From the NCBI GenBank assembly GCA_040954595.2, contig CM082582.2, forward strand, positions 2,960,303-3,024,302: a stretch of 64,000 nt of DNA. The letters run 5' to 3'. Made by a program: the position numbers and the translations under genes. The DNA comes from Balanoglossus misakiensis. Its lineage: Eukaryota; Animalia; Hemichordata. Below are positions 23,449 to 36,007 of the stretch, piece by piece (within the stretch, counting starts at the first letter, position 1; each line of letters opens with the position of its first letter). The notes below the pieces were generated by a model that ran no database searches, had not been told where the DNA came from, and saw nothing but the letters and a program-made list of their open reading frames with translations.

Positions 23449-25787
23449 AAATTTCTAAATAAATTTCATACACATGTATATTTTATATATATTCATTTAT
23501 TTTTTGTACTTTCATTGTTATTTTGACTCTTTACAGTCCTCACTGTTCCTAAGTCCTATGATGGAAAGAAAAATTGTCAAAAAAGAGAAAATGAACCAAT
23601 TTACACAGGTTTTACACTTTAGTCATTTTCATTATCACTACGTTCATTTACATATCTTTTATTGGCAAGGCAAATACTTTTACAAAATGCCTGGAATACC
23701 TACAAGCAACTAGAAATATATTTCCTTTTTATGTACAGTAAACAAATGTCCGTCCCTAGTGTGTTATTTACTCAAGTGCTGACATTGTTATTTGACTAGT
23801 TTACAGTCCTGAATATCCTGATGTCCTAGGGTAGAAAAAGATATTGTAGTTATTTTTGTCTGATAGTTGCCACATGTAACTGGTAATAAAACATTTAGAG
23901 CACAAAAATAAAACTGTGTCAAATTCTTCCAAGTGGGGATCAAGTGCCAGATATTGCATATTATATTATATCATGCTACCGTCCGCAATTCTGATTGAAC
24001 GAGAGCTCAATCCAGCGATGCTAAAATACTCAATAATGCACTGCTGGCAGTAGTAAAACAGGCCCCTGAACTAGCATACGGCAGCAAAAATGTGTGGTTA
24101 AACCACAGTCGCGCGTGTTTAAACCAAATAAATAAAACAAAAATATTGTTGAACTAACAGATGTTTTATTTTGGAACTGCTCTGTGGAAATATTTGTCAC
24201 TTTGCCACGCGCGATACCCGTTTTGTCACTTTTTGTCGTCTGCTTCATCCCGGCCGCTTACGGCTATTGCTATATGTCTCGAATTGTACCCAAATCTTGC
24301 GTATACCCGCCTGCGGCGGGGGTTATTGCTTAATTATTGTACACCTACTGCTGTAACATATTGAGTTCCGTAATATTACAATAATTCAGTTTGAGAATAC
24401 AATAATTATTCAAATGAGGTCGCAGAGTCCCATAACACCAGGGTTATTGGACACATTTTGACTTTGACCTCACAGGTGTTCAATGTTAACACTGATGATA
24501 TTACTCACTACTGTGACAAAAATTGAAATAAAAAGTACAGTAATTATTAAACTAAATTATTGGTGAAGCAAGATGCGAAATAAGTCACAATCCTCAATAA
24601 AATTTCAGCCAAAGAAATATGCGAGTGAACGAGCGAGCGCATTCATTTAAAGTTCCAGAACGAGCTCAGGGGCATAGAACATCGCACGCGAGACATCAGC
24701 AGGTCGACACTAGCATCACCTGATGCGCAAGGTGTTCAATATGTGTTCAATATGCAAATTACTTCATGGCAGTGTCTGAAAACTGGAAAGTCTGATTTGG
24801 CCAATTTACCCTTTATCGTTCATCAAGGATGCCTGGATGCCTGCACTGTACAATCCCGGTATTTATTAGCGCCTGAAAGGCCGGGTCGCCAACGCTGTTC
24901 TGCACTGTACAATCCCGGTATTTTGTAAATAACTTTACACTATTTGGTGCGTGAAACTAGCTGCTCCACTAAGACTGATGTAGGAGGTGGCATTACTGGA
25001 GCAAGGTTAGCAGAGATGTGCCGTGGATCATCTGCTTCAAGGACCATTCTCTTGTACATGCCCTGGCGGTCTGTCAGTCGCCTCTTGATAACTGCCATCT
25101 TCAGTGTTCTTATATGCGGATACGTCTTTGCTTCTTTTATAGGGGATACAGACCACCGCCCACTTTTTTTGTTGAATATTTTTTTCTGCCTAAAGTAGTA
25201 AAGAAAAAGACCTCCAGATGAAATAAATTTTCAGCATTCATGTTAGTTTAGTGCAGTGTATAAAAGACTGAAACTGCATAACAAAGTAAGAGTTAGCTGT
25301 CATTGTCATTTTTGTACTGAGAAGAATTTCCTATGTTTTTGCAATAGCAAACTTAACATCACAGTACTTTACATATTAAGTCTTATTATGTTTTCAACTT
25401 ACAAAGTAAGACACTTGATGTAATATTTCTTATGAGAATTAACAAACAACCAACGGCAGTGTAGCTACCATTATTATTATTTGGTAAATTAGATTCACAT
25501 CTGGAAAAGAATCATGATTTTCAATATTCAAGTAAGGTTTGACATAACACAGGTAAACTTGAGATAGTTAACATAGTTGCTAAACTCTCTAACTAACCTG
25601 ATTTCTCCATTTGGCTTCCTCTTGTATGGTCGATTATAGTGGATATTGTGATCTAAGGCTGCTAGACGGTTTCTAACCCTATATACAGGAGGGCTGTATG
25701 CAAACCTTTTACTTGCATATTGCAGGATCTTATTCTGGAATGTTTCCAGTTCACCAGTTAGTCTGATTGTACAGAAACAAATAAAGT

Positions 25788-26110
25788 TAACAAGTCATTG
25801 TAAATGACAGACCCCCGCCAAGAAATGTTTAGTGAATTTGTAGTCATTGTTCTTATGAACTCGCAGTCATTGCTTTGATCACAACGTTCCTGGGTTGGGA
25901 CATGTACAAGTTGATATGTTAACTCTGAATGAGATCCGTTCACACATATCTGAGTTATGGCAAAACAAAATGGCCAACTGGTGGCCATATTGGAACAGAT
26001 CAAGATGAAAATTGACATGCACATGCATATATATGTCGTAGAACACTGTCCTAATGCCAAATTTGAATGAGATCAGTTCAAGTTTGATACATGTATGGGC
26101 AAAATGTATT
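25788..26110 (-). mobile_element. Truncated Helentron-type non-autonomous fragment in a transposase intron
   Basis: AACAAG followed by hairpin GTCATTgtaAATGAC and CCCCCGCC, then a CAAAATGGCC...GGCCATATTG core resembling that of the 20386-21860 element. Confidence 0.4.
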
Positions 26111-26892
26111 TTCAATTTACTGTATTTTTTGTCATGAATAAATTGATAACTAACCTTGCATTAAGTACGTAGGGAATCTTCTTCAGAAATCGGGTGTCAA
26201 AGATGATATTTCTGAGAACTTGGTGGGCCCTGCTTCCCTTTTTCAGCCACTCCCTTCCCCGGTCATCTTCTATATTCTCACTGAGCGGTCCGTGGTAGCA
26301 GTGATTTGATCCTTCCACTCCCACACCCAAAATCCAGTCATGCTCATCAACTACATGGTGAATGAGACCACCCCACATCCCCTGTAACAAAAGAACATGT
26401 ATGGTGTTAATTATAAGTTTATGTATGGCGCTTACGGTATATGTAATTGTACATTTAAAGGTTTAGATATTATTCCTACAGTTACTGCCGAAATTTTCCT
26501 CCAAATATTTTTGGCCATATTTACAACTCGCATGTAAATGAAAATACAGACTAAATAGAACACTTACTCTAAACTCCACTTCACTAGATGCTGTGTTACA
26601 GCAATACCAAAAATGGTTGGTGATATGCTTCGTCCATTTGAGAAGTATCCGGCAGTCTCTTTGTTGGCCAGCCTACATTTAAGTAATTCAAAAAAAAGTT
26701 CACACTTTAAACTTGATCACTGACTTGAAATAAAAAATCATCACACATACACACAGCCTGGTCACCATACCCAGTGTGTTTTAGATAGACTCACACACAA
26801 GGGTCTGGCCACAGAGTCAACTATCTTCCATTTTTAAGATCTGCATGTCAATAGAACTCAAAATGCGATGTCACAGCAATGAGGTCACCACA

Positions 26893-27034
26893 TGGTTTTG
26901 ACTCTGAAGTCTTTCAAGTCAATCACCGTACGCTAATTATTTTCCAACTATTAGCAACGCCCGGTCATTGCTCTGGCCAATCGGTAGTGTGTCGCGTAAG
27001 GTGATTGACTTGAACGACGTCAGAGTCAAAACCA
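26893..27034. mobile_element. Small palindromic MITE (~142 bp) in a transposase intron
   Basis: ~41-bp inverted repeats TGGTTTTGACTCTGA(A/C)GTC(T/G)TTCAAGTCAATCACC(G/T)TACGC. No clear TSD. Confidence 0.7.
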
Positions 27035-27774
27035 CTAAAACAATTATAAACATTAGGGGAAAAATGAACCCGCCCTACCTACCCTATTTTGAAATTGCCC
27101 ATCATCAGAACTACAGTTATTTTTCTTATGCCCTATACATAATATATACATACCTTTATAATTTTCTTTGCCAAATTCTTCGAACAATGCCAGATATCAT
27201 AGGAATGTTTAATATTTGGGTGTACAGTCTCTGTGTTGGGTAAAAAGAGAAACAATTTACACTTTGTTGTCTTAATCTATTACATATCATTCTAAACAAT
27301 TTAAAGTACACTGTAAGGAAAGCATTGTTTGGGAGTACTACTCTCATAAATTTTACACCAGGAAACTGCCTGGGGCAAGTAATGTACATTTGTCATCAAG
27401 TTGATCTGAAACCATTACTGTATATTGTTTACAATCATTGGGTGGTGGTGGTTGTGGACGTGGGGTCAGTCTATGTATCTACTATGACATACATTATGAT
27501 AGAGTTGTTTGCACTGGTGAGAAATGAATTGCAATTATACATTTTGGTTCAAGGCTATAACTTCTGTTTTTATAATGAATATAAATGTAAACTTACTCAT
27601 TTCAGCAGTTATTTGTGGATGGGCATCTGTCACGATTTCTGATATCTGCAGACCAGTTATCTCCCCCAAGCCTCTTTGGAAGCCCTTCTTTTCCATGTTG
27701 CATGACTTTCTTTCAGTCTCTCTTTTATCAACAGTAGATAGTGACAGTATTTCTTTTGAATCGTTCTCCATTAA

Positions 27775-27959
27775 AGGTATATAGTCACCTCCAATTTACA
27801 TACGCCCATATATGGCTGAAATGGCGTATTTGAGTGTTCTAAAGAACATATGGTAGCGCTCTTATTTTCGCGTGTGCCACCCACTGAAATTCTGTGATTG
27901 GCTAGATCTCCATTTGCCATGGCAACTGTAGCTAATTTTCTATAGGTGACCGTATACCT
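27775..27959. mobile_element. Kolobok-type MITE, 185 bp, inserted in a transposase exon
   Basis: TTAA TSD at 27771-27774 and 27960-27963. TIRs AGGTATATAGTCACCT and AGGTATACGGTCACCT. Removal restores QYCTYSLMENDSK. Confidence 0.9.
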
Positions 27960-30900
27960 TTAAACTATAAGTACAATATTGGGCCGAATAACCAGGGGAG
28001 TCCATCCTTCCATCTCCTAAAAATATCAAAATGAATATAATTTCTCAACTAAATTTCAATTCAGCGTAATTTGTCTTTCAATATGCTACATAAACAAAAT
28101 TTCTAACAGGTGGCCTTCGACTCATGTCACGTTCATTGGTGTGCATATGTATACCACTGTGGTTCATATTTGTTTGACATTATTGCACTGAAGTCTGTTT
28201 GGGGGGATATACATAAAATTTAGATCTATGATATCCATAATGTATGAAACAATAGTGACATACCAAGTAAAACAACATCCATATCCATGTGTTTCTCTAA
28301 CAGTTCCCGCTGATGGTCGAGCCAAAACTCGTCGATTGATGGTACTAGATATGTCCTCTGCATTCGACTGAACACAGGTTGAGACAGGATTCTGAGATTT
28401 AGCATCTTTGCAAACATGGCGATTTTGTCATAATTGTTCCCTGACATTAGGATTGCAGCAGCTCCAAGAAGATCTCCACTGCTGACCCCTCTGTTCAACA
28501 AAGGTTGGGAACACCATTTATATGATGTATGGCCTCTAGAGCAAACCTATAAGAGAGGACAGGGTTTTACAAAATACTTGAAGTCACAGTGCTTAAAATA
28601 GCCAAGTAAAAACAAGTTTTGCTTCAAAAATTACCAAACAGAACTACAGGCAGTATGAACATTATTAAGCATGTTCAGTTGTGAAAAAAAATTACAGATT
28701 GAAACAACCAGACATCAAAAGTGAGAAAAGGCTCAAATTGTATCATGGAAAAATATGAAATTTCCCTTTAATGATGAGAAAGAATCACAAATAAAACCAA
28801 CTGACACACTGGTATGTTCTGGTTCATTTTTCTTTTTTCATATAAATATTCTAAGAATGATGCGTTTTTCTTCATTACACAGTGGCATTGCAATATACAT
28901 GTAAAGCGTACTTACCCATTCCAGGTATAGTGCTGATCCACGGAATTTGTGGTGAACTTCAACAAGTTGCTTGCAGCCTTCTAAACTGCATACTGGACTT
29001 ATATTTCTTTTTGCTAAGACTAACAGCTGGTTCAAGTATGTCAGACAAAATTGTCCATCTACTAGGTCAGGAATTTCCCCTGCTGATTTAACATGTTGCA
29101 CTCCATCCTCTGACTGAAAAGCTGTACAGTCATCTTCTGTCCCAGATGATTCATCGGTGTCAGTATCACCCCCTGCGTCTCCTTCACTGCCATAACAGAC
29201 CTCAACACCATCAGCGCCTTCACTACAAATAGGGAAGGAAGTAACCACATTACTCATGCATTAAAGGTATCATCAAGAACACCTCAAAAATAAAGTGCAT
29301 GCATGAGTGAGGCTTGGCGTAGTTTTAAAAACAAAGCGGACAAAATACGGCTAGGACTAGGCTATGCTTCTTCAGACAACCAATGAACATTTTGGGGCAC
29401 CAAATGTAAGTGGTAGTCTAATAGTTGTTGCATTGGGACTACCAAAATAGTTTAGCCCCCTTCAGTTACCAGGAAGAAATGAATTGCAAGCCCTGGTATA
29501 GTCTTTTTTCTATTGTATACTAGTGGTATGCATGACTACAACAAAAAGCAAAAATACAACACAGTAACTCACCAAAGTGTTATGTTAAAACTGGCTTCAT
29601 AGTCAGGGTCTTTCAGCGTGTCATCATCATACTGATCAGTGCTGCTCTGATCACCAGAAAAACTAACATCAATAGTTAATCTGTAAACAAGAAAATGTCT
29701 CATGATAGGTAACAACGATATACTTAACCAGCCAAATATAAGAGAAAGACTCAAAGTAGCGATACAATGACTGTGACTATGTGTTAACTTCAAATATGGT
29801 TTATATTTACTACATCATTGATAGTGTCAGAGAAAAATGAATTATTATCTGTCCATTACTTACTGTTTTGGGTCTATAAAGGATTCTGTTTGTTTGCTTG
29901 AACTGCATTCCCTCTTTTCTCTAAAAGATTCTTTTTTGGGGGTTGAACTACAGTCCTTCTCGTTCTCCCTGTTCCAAAACAAATGAACAAGAGACAACAG
30001 CTAGTGAACATTATGGACTATTGTACCCTTGAGAATAGAGATATCTTGAACATTATATTTGGAATATAGATCAAGGATAGGAAGAGTGATTGCATAACCA
30101 GTGGCTGTACTCTACTGTATAAATATACATGTATGCAACACAATTTCACAAACAAAGACATGCATGGATTACTCAGGACAGTCACAACCAGTTCCATTTG
30201 GGTTACATTCCCATACTAAAAACAATATAAATTAAGGATAACCAGTGAACATATTCATGTTGAAAATGTTTATGGTCATCAGTAGTAAATCAACAATAAA
30301 TACTTGCCTTGCCATTACACACTCTGTCTCAGAAGCTGACATGGTGTCACTGCCAATAGTGTCAATGCCAGACAAAACAGAATTGGTAGTACTACTGCCA
30401 CTAAAAAAACAAGAAGGAAGGTATAATCACATGGACCACTTCGCAGATAGAATACACAGGGGTTTGTGGGACAGTTTGCGTTCTGAGCTTGTGCGTTAGC
30501 CATGTACTATACGCTATTTTGAACGCAAATTAACCTTCATGCATTGCAAATACCCTACACAATTTTTTAACCGATCATCACAAATGAGTCACTATGATAT
30601 GGTAGTTTTAAACTCAATGTTCTCACTTGTCCATTTTTAATGTAACAATAAGAAATGTGCACATACCATTCAATATCAGACAGCTCAGGTCTACTAGCAC
30701 TATACATTATAGAGCTCACACCACCACAGATCGGTGTTGATGCCACTGGTAACCTTTCAAGTCTCTTTGATGTCTTCTTTTTAGTTTCATAATAACTGTT
30801 GAAAAGTTGAAATAATAATATTGAATTTGAAATCTGCAGTGCATTTTGTTGATAATAAAATAGCTCACAAATCACACAAAAGCGACAATTTTGAATACCC

Positions 30901-31642
30901 CCTCTCACCTCCCCCAGATGTCCTTCATTTGTATTTTCTAATAATATTTCTTTTTGGATCATTATTTTCAATGTCAAGAAATTCTTTATTACACAAAATA
31001 ACACATTTTCCCATGACAAATACTATTTGAGTGAAATCTACAGTGAATTGACAGCAACAAAAAGAATAGCAATGATATCAAAAACAATTTCAAAAACGAA
31101 AATATTCAACCTTGTAGACTCTTGAGGAGGGTAGAGGCCAGCCCCCAGCATGCCCCCCCCCCCCCCCCCCAAGCAGGCCATTACTCTGTTGGCTCCCATG
31201 GCCAACATATAAATGTAGTTCGGAACTACCTCAGTCTCTACTTACGCTGAAATGTGAATTACTCACTGAGAAGCTAAGCCAATGTCACGGATTTTAGCAC
31301 ACAGCATCAACTGCAACCCGATTTTGTCGGTTTACACGAACCAGGGACTTGCACGAAAATAAATTTGGTCTGAATGCGTGGGTTGTAGAGTACGGGACCA
31401 TGCATGCATAATATTACGTGACTGTGCATATCTCGTTTCACTTCGATGTTGCGTATTCGCGATTTACTATACTTGTTACACATGTATATCAATCGATTTC
31501 GAACTATAACAAACTAATCAGTAATTCCATAGCCTATAAAATGAAGATCATCACATGAAGTTGGCGATCACGGCCGGAGCTTCAGTCACGCAGATCTAAC
31601 AGACGATGGGGCCTCGAAATAGGCGACACAATAGGCTGCGAG

Positions 31643-31738
31643 TAGAAACTGTAACTGCAGTAACCTAAGCGATTCTAGTGAAAACCCCGATAGAAACTGT
31701 AACTGCAGTAACCTAACCGATTCTAGTGAAAACCCCGA
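31643..31738. repeat. 48-bp tandem duplication (intronic)
   Basis: TAGAAACTGTAACTGCAGTAACCTAA(G/C)CGATTCTAGTGAAAACCCCGA occurs twice in tandem. Confidence 0.9.
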
Positions 31739-34700
31739 TTAAATAATATATACAAAACTTATACAGAGCAAGCATACACTAACTCAAAAAAAAGTCAGCG
31801 CAACTATTACAGGTAGGCGGTATCAGCACGGGCGTATTAGAAACATTCAACACATGACATGCACAATTTGGATAACTTACCTATCTAGGAGAAATCTGGC
31901 AACATCAACGTGTTTCGTCAAACCAGTTTCTTCCTTGACAGCTTTCCACCGATGGATCTGACCGAATATGTTGATTTTTCCCTCATTTTTTTTCTTCCAT
32001 CTTTGCTGATGGTCATCTTGGGACGCCATTTTATCATCTAAAAATTTACTGCGCAAGTGCACAAGTGACGTCACATTGTATGACGTAACGTTTACGTCGC
32101 AATATTTGTGTGTTTATAAAAATATATGGGTACGTACCCATAAAATTTATTTTTATTATTTTTTTACATTCTGAACCATGGCAACTGACCAAATCACTCG
32201 TGAGTTATTTTATTTCGGCAAGTAAAGTATTATACAAACAAAAGTTAAGAGATTTATGCTACCAAAGTAAATTGTCATTATCATCAACTGTGCAGCTTTA
32301 AGAGCTAGGGGTGGCCAGATAATACGGTTTATTGACCCCTACAGTGCGGAACTAGGGGAGGGCATGGCATTTTATTATGAGTTGTAGAACTAGGCAAGAC
32401 ATTGGCAGACATTTTGCTCAACCAAGTCCATGAGCATTACAGTTGATTAGCCTAAACGTTTCAGTTCATAACTAGGAACATGGGCATGATATTTTACTAA
32501 CAGTTCAAGTACCAGTACAACCCTTGGGGTGGGAGTAACATTTTATTAACAACTATAGAGAAGCAGGGAGGGCATGACATTTTTATTATTGGTAACTTAT
32601 AGTACAAAGTGAGTGTTGGGCATGACATATGACTAACAGTTATAGTACAGAACTAGGGGAAGGCATGGCATTTTACTAAAAAGCAAGGGATGTGCATGAT
32701 ATTGTACTTACCGTTAACTATTACATGTAGTACAATGAGGGATTGTCATAACATTTTATTAACAGCAACAGTACAGAACAAGGGGAGGGTATGGCACTCT
32801 ATTATCAATTAACACAGCAAGGGGATGGGCATGGCATTGGACTACCAGTTATAATACCAGTACTATGCTTGGGATAAGTGTAACATTTTACTTATAGCTT
32901 AGTACCAGTACAAAGATAGGGATGGGAATATCATTTCATTAACAGCTGAAATACATAAGGGAAGAGTATGATATTTTATTATTGGTCATAGTGTCACTAA
33001 TGGTATAACATTTTAGTATGACACATTTTGCAGAATTAGGAGCAGACATTATTCTCTAATTAACAGTACAGAGAATATTTTCATGCAATTGCAGATTGCA
33101 AGGAACCATCAAAACTTTATTTTGTTATGTTTATGTTAATGCCATATCAGATACCTCATGTGCAACTATCACTGTTTCAACTTTCATATACAAGTATTTT
33201 TCAGCAACAGTAGGGAAGGGGTCGTCGCACCCCGAGGGTGTCCCCCTTGATGAGAATATGCCCTACCATACCAGTGCAAACCCCACAATGGCGACCTCAC
33301 GGGATCTGATTCACTCAGATCAGTACACGTCCTCTAGTGTTTAATGCCACATCATTTTTGAGTGCATATGTCTCGAATTGTACCAAATAAGTTAACATGG
33401 ACGATTACATTGACACCCAACAAACTAAGCACATGACTAACTCGCCTTTGGCAATTACAAACAAGCCACCCGCGAACGAGGCTGGAAGGCGTGGCTTTCT
33501 GGTATGCAAATGCAGATACAAATGGCTCCTCGAGAACGAAGACACGTCAAAAGACTTCTCCGACGTAGTCTGTTTTTATATTTACTGTAAAGGAGTTTTG
33601 GTGTGATAGTCGTTACAGACACTATTATTAGCGCTGTGTCTTAATTCTCCTCGCCGACGGTCGCAACACGACTTTCCGCTCGCACGTGTTCGCTCGACCA
33701 CACTCCTATTTTCCGGAGAGCAATGGCGGGCGAAGCGCGAAGATGTAGCAACACTTGGCATTTCTCTACTAGTACACGTGTACTCTGGGCACCGTACTCC
33801 TCACGGGATCTGTTTCACTGAGATCAGTACACGTTCTCTAGTGTTAATGCCACATCATTTTTTGAGTGCATAGCTGGGATGAAATGACAGTTTATTATCA
33901 GTCGGTACACATGACATCTTCGGCCTATTTGAAGTGTGCACACGTTTTATAAAATTTATAGGACCATCTAAGCTCTAAGTCACAATTATACAGAACTAGG
34001 TTTCGGCATGGCATACGATCAACTTAAGAGCTAGGGGTGGCCAGATAATACGGTTTATTGACCCCTACAGTGCGGAACTAGGGGAGGGCATGGCATTTTA
34101 TTATGAGTTGTAGAACTAGGCAAGACATTGGCAGACATTTTGCTCAACCAAGTCCATGAGCATTACAGTTGATTAGCCTAAACGTTTCAGCTCATAACTA
34201 GGAACATGGGCATGATATTTTACTAACAGTTCAAGTACCAGTACAACCCTTGGGTGGGAGTAACATTTTATTAACAACTATAGAGAAGCAGGGAGGGCAT
34301 GACATTTTTATTATTGGTAACTTATAGTACAAAGTGAGTGTTGGACATGACATATGACTAACAGTTATAGTACAGAACTAGGGGAAGGCATGGCATTTTA
34401 CTAAAAAGCAAGGGATGTGCATGATATTGTACTTACCGTTAACTATTACATGTAGTACAATGAGGGATTGTCATAACATTTTATTAACAGCAACAGTACA
34501 GAACAAGGGGAGGGTATGACACTTTATTATCAATTAACACAGCAAGGGGATGGGCATGGCATTGGACTACCAGTTATAATACCAGTACTATGCTTGTGAT
34601 AAGTGTAACATTTTACTTATAGCTTAGTACCAGTACAAAGATAGGGATGGGAATATCATTTCATTAACAGCTGAAATACATAAGGGAAGAGTATGATATT

Positions 34701-36007
34701 TTATTATTGGTCATAGTGTCACTAATGGTATAACATTTTAGTATGACACATTTTGCAGAATTAGGAGCAGACATTATTCTCTAATTAACAGTACAGAGAA
34801 TATTTTCATGCAATTGCAGATTGCAAGGAACCATCAAAACTTTATTTTGTTATGTTTATGTTAATGCCATATCAGATACCTCATGTGCAACTATCACTGT
34901 TTCAACTTTCATATACAAGTATTTTTCAGCAACAGTAGGGAAGGGGTCGTCGCACCCCGAGGGTGTCCCCCTTGATGAGAATATGCCCTACCATACCAGT
35001 GCAAACCCCACAATGGCGACCTCACGGGATCTGATTCACTCAGATCAGTACACGTCCTCTAGTGTTTAATGCCACATCATTTTTGAGTGCATATGTCTCG
35101 AATTGTACCAAATAAGTTAACATGGACGATTACATTGACACCCAACAAACTAAGCACATGACTAACTCGCCTTTGGCAATTAAAAACAAGCCACCCGCGA
35201 ACGAGGCTGGAAGGCGTGGCTTTCTGGTATGCAAATGCAGATACAAATGGCTCCTCGAGAACGAAGACACGTCGAAAGACTTCTCCAACGTAGTCTGTTT
35301 TTATATTTACTGTAAATGAGTTTTGGTGTGATAGTCGTTACAGACACTATTATTAGCGCTGTGTCTTAATTCGCCTCACCGACGGTCGCAACACGACTTT
35401 CCGCTCGCACGTGTTCGCTCGACCACACTCCTATTTTCCGGAGAGCAATGGCGGGCGAAGCGCGAAGATGTAGCAACACTTGGCATTTCTCTACTAGTAC
35501 ACGTGTACTCTGGGCACCGTACTCCTCACGGGATCTGATTCACTCAGATCAGTACACGTTCTCTAGTGTTAATGCCACATCATTTTTTGAGTGCATAGCT
35601 GGGATGAAATGACAGTTTATTATCAGTCGGTACACATGACATTTTCGGCCTATTTGGAGTGTGCACACGTTTTATAAAATTTATAGGACCATCTAAGCTC
35701 TAAGTCACAATTATACAGAACTAGGTTTCGGCATGGCATACGATCAACTTAAGAGCTAGGGGTGGCCAGATAATACGGTTTATTGACCCCTACAGTGCGG
35801 AACTAGGGGAGGGCATGGCATTTTATTATGAGTTGTAGAACTAGGCAAGACATTGGCAGACATTTTACTCAACCAAGTACATGAGCATTACAGTTGATTA
35901 GCCTAAACGTTTCAGTTCATAACTAGGAACAAGGGCATGATATTTTACTAACAGTTCAAGTACCAGTACAACCCTTGGGGGGGAGTAACATTTTATTAAC
36001 AACTATA

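Larger units (their letters stand above)
24940..32029 (-). pseudogene. Kolobok DDE transposase gene (multi-exon), disrupted by a MITE in a catalytic exon
   Basis: Exons read on the minus strand: 31881-32029 (MASQ...RWK..KEETGL..HVDVARFLLDR); ~28915-29224 and ~28263-28545 (C..C...C..GH..WCSQP, GD...AAAIL.SGNNY.K); ~27597-28016 (DGRMDSPGYSAQYCTY; VTDAH); 27154-27230 (HSYDIWH); ~26568-26672 (NHFWYCC); ~26155-26381 (HHV.DEH.W; CYHGPL); ~25598-25762 (TGELE; LAALDHN); 24940-25189 (stop). Small N-terminal exons at 29.5-30.8 kb are less certain. Confidence 0.87.
19584..32297. mobile_element. Kolobok-superfamily DNA transposon, 12714 bp, two convergent spliced genes
   Basis: Perfect 16-bp TIR AGCTGCACAGTTGATG; TTAA TSD at 19580-19583 and 32298-32301. 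The empty site CAACTTAAGAGC is seen in sister repeat units, and length plus TSD equals the excess unit spacing exactly. Confidence 0.93.

Noticed and set aside
19584-32297. piggyBac assignment based on the TTAA TSD
   Set aside because: The termini are AG..CT rather than CC..GG, and the transposase motifs (DGR.DSPG, H..D.WH) are Kolobok-type.
17227-35319. Recurrent 69-aa and 82-aa ORFs as a tandem gene family
   Set aside because: They recur only because the 1.7-kb unit is repeated. There are no recognisable domains, the diverged first copy differs in frame and length, and the last copy has a premature stop.
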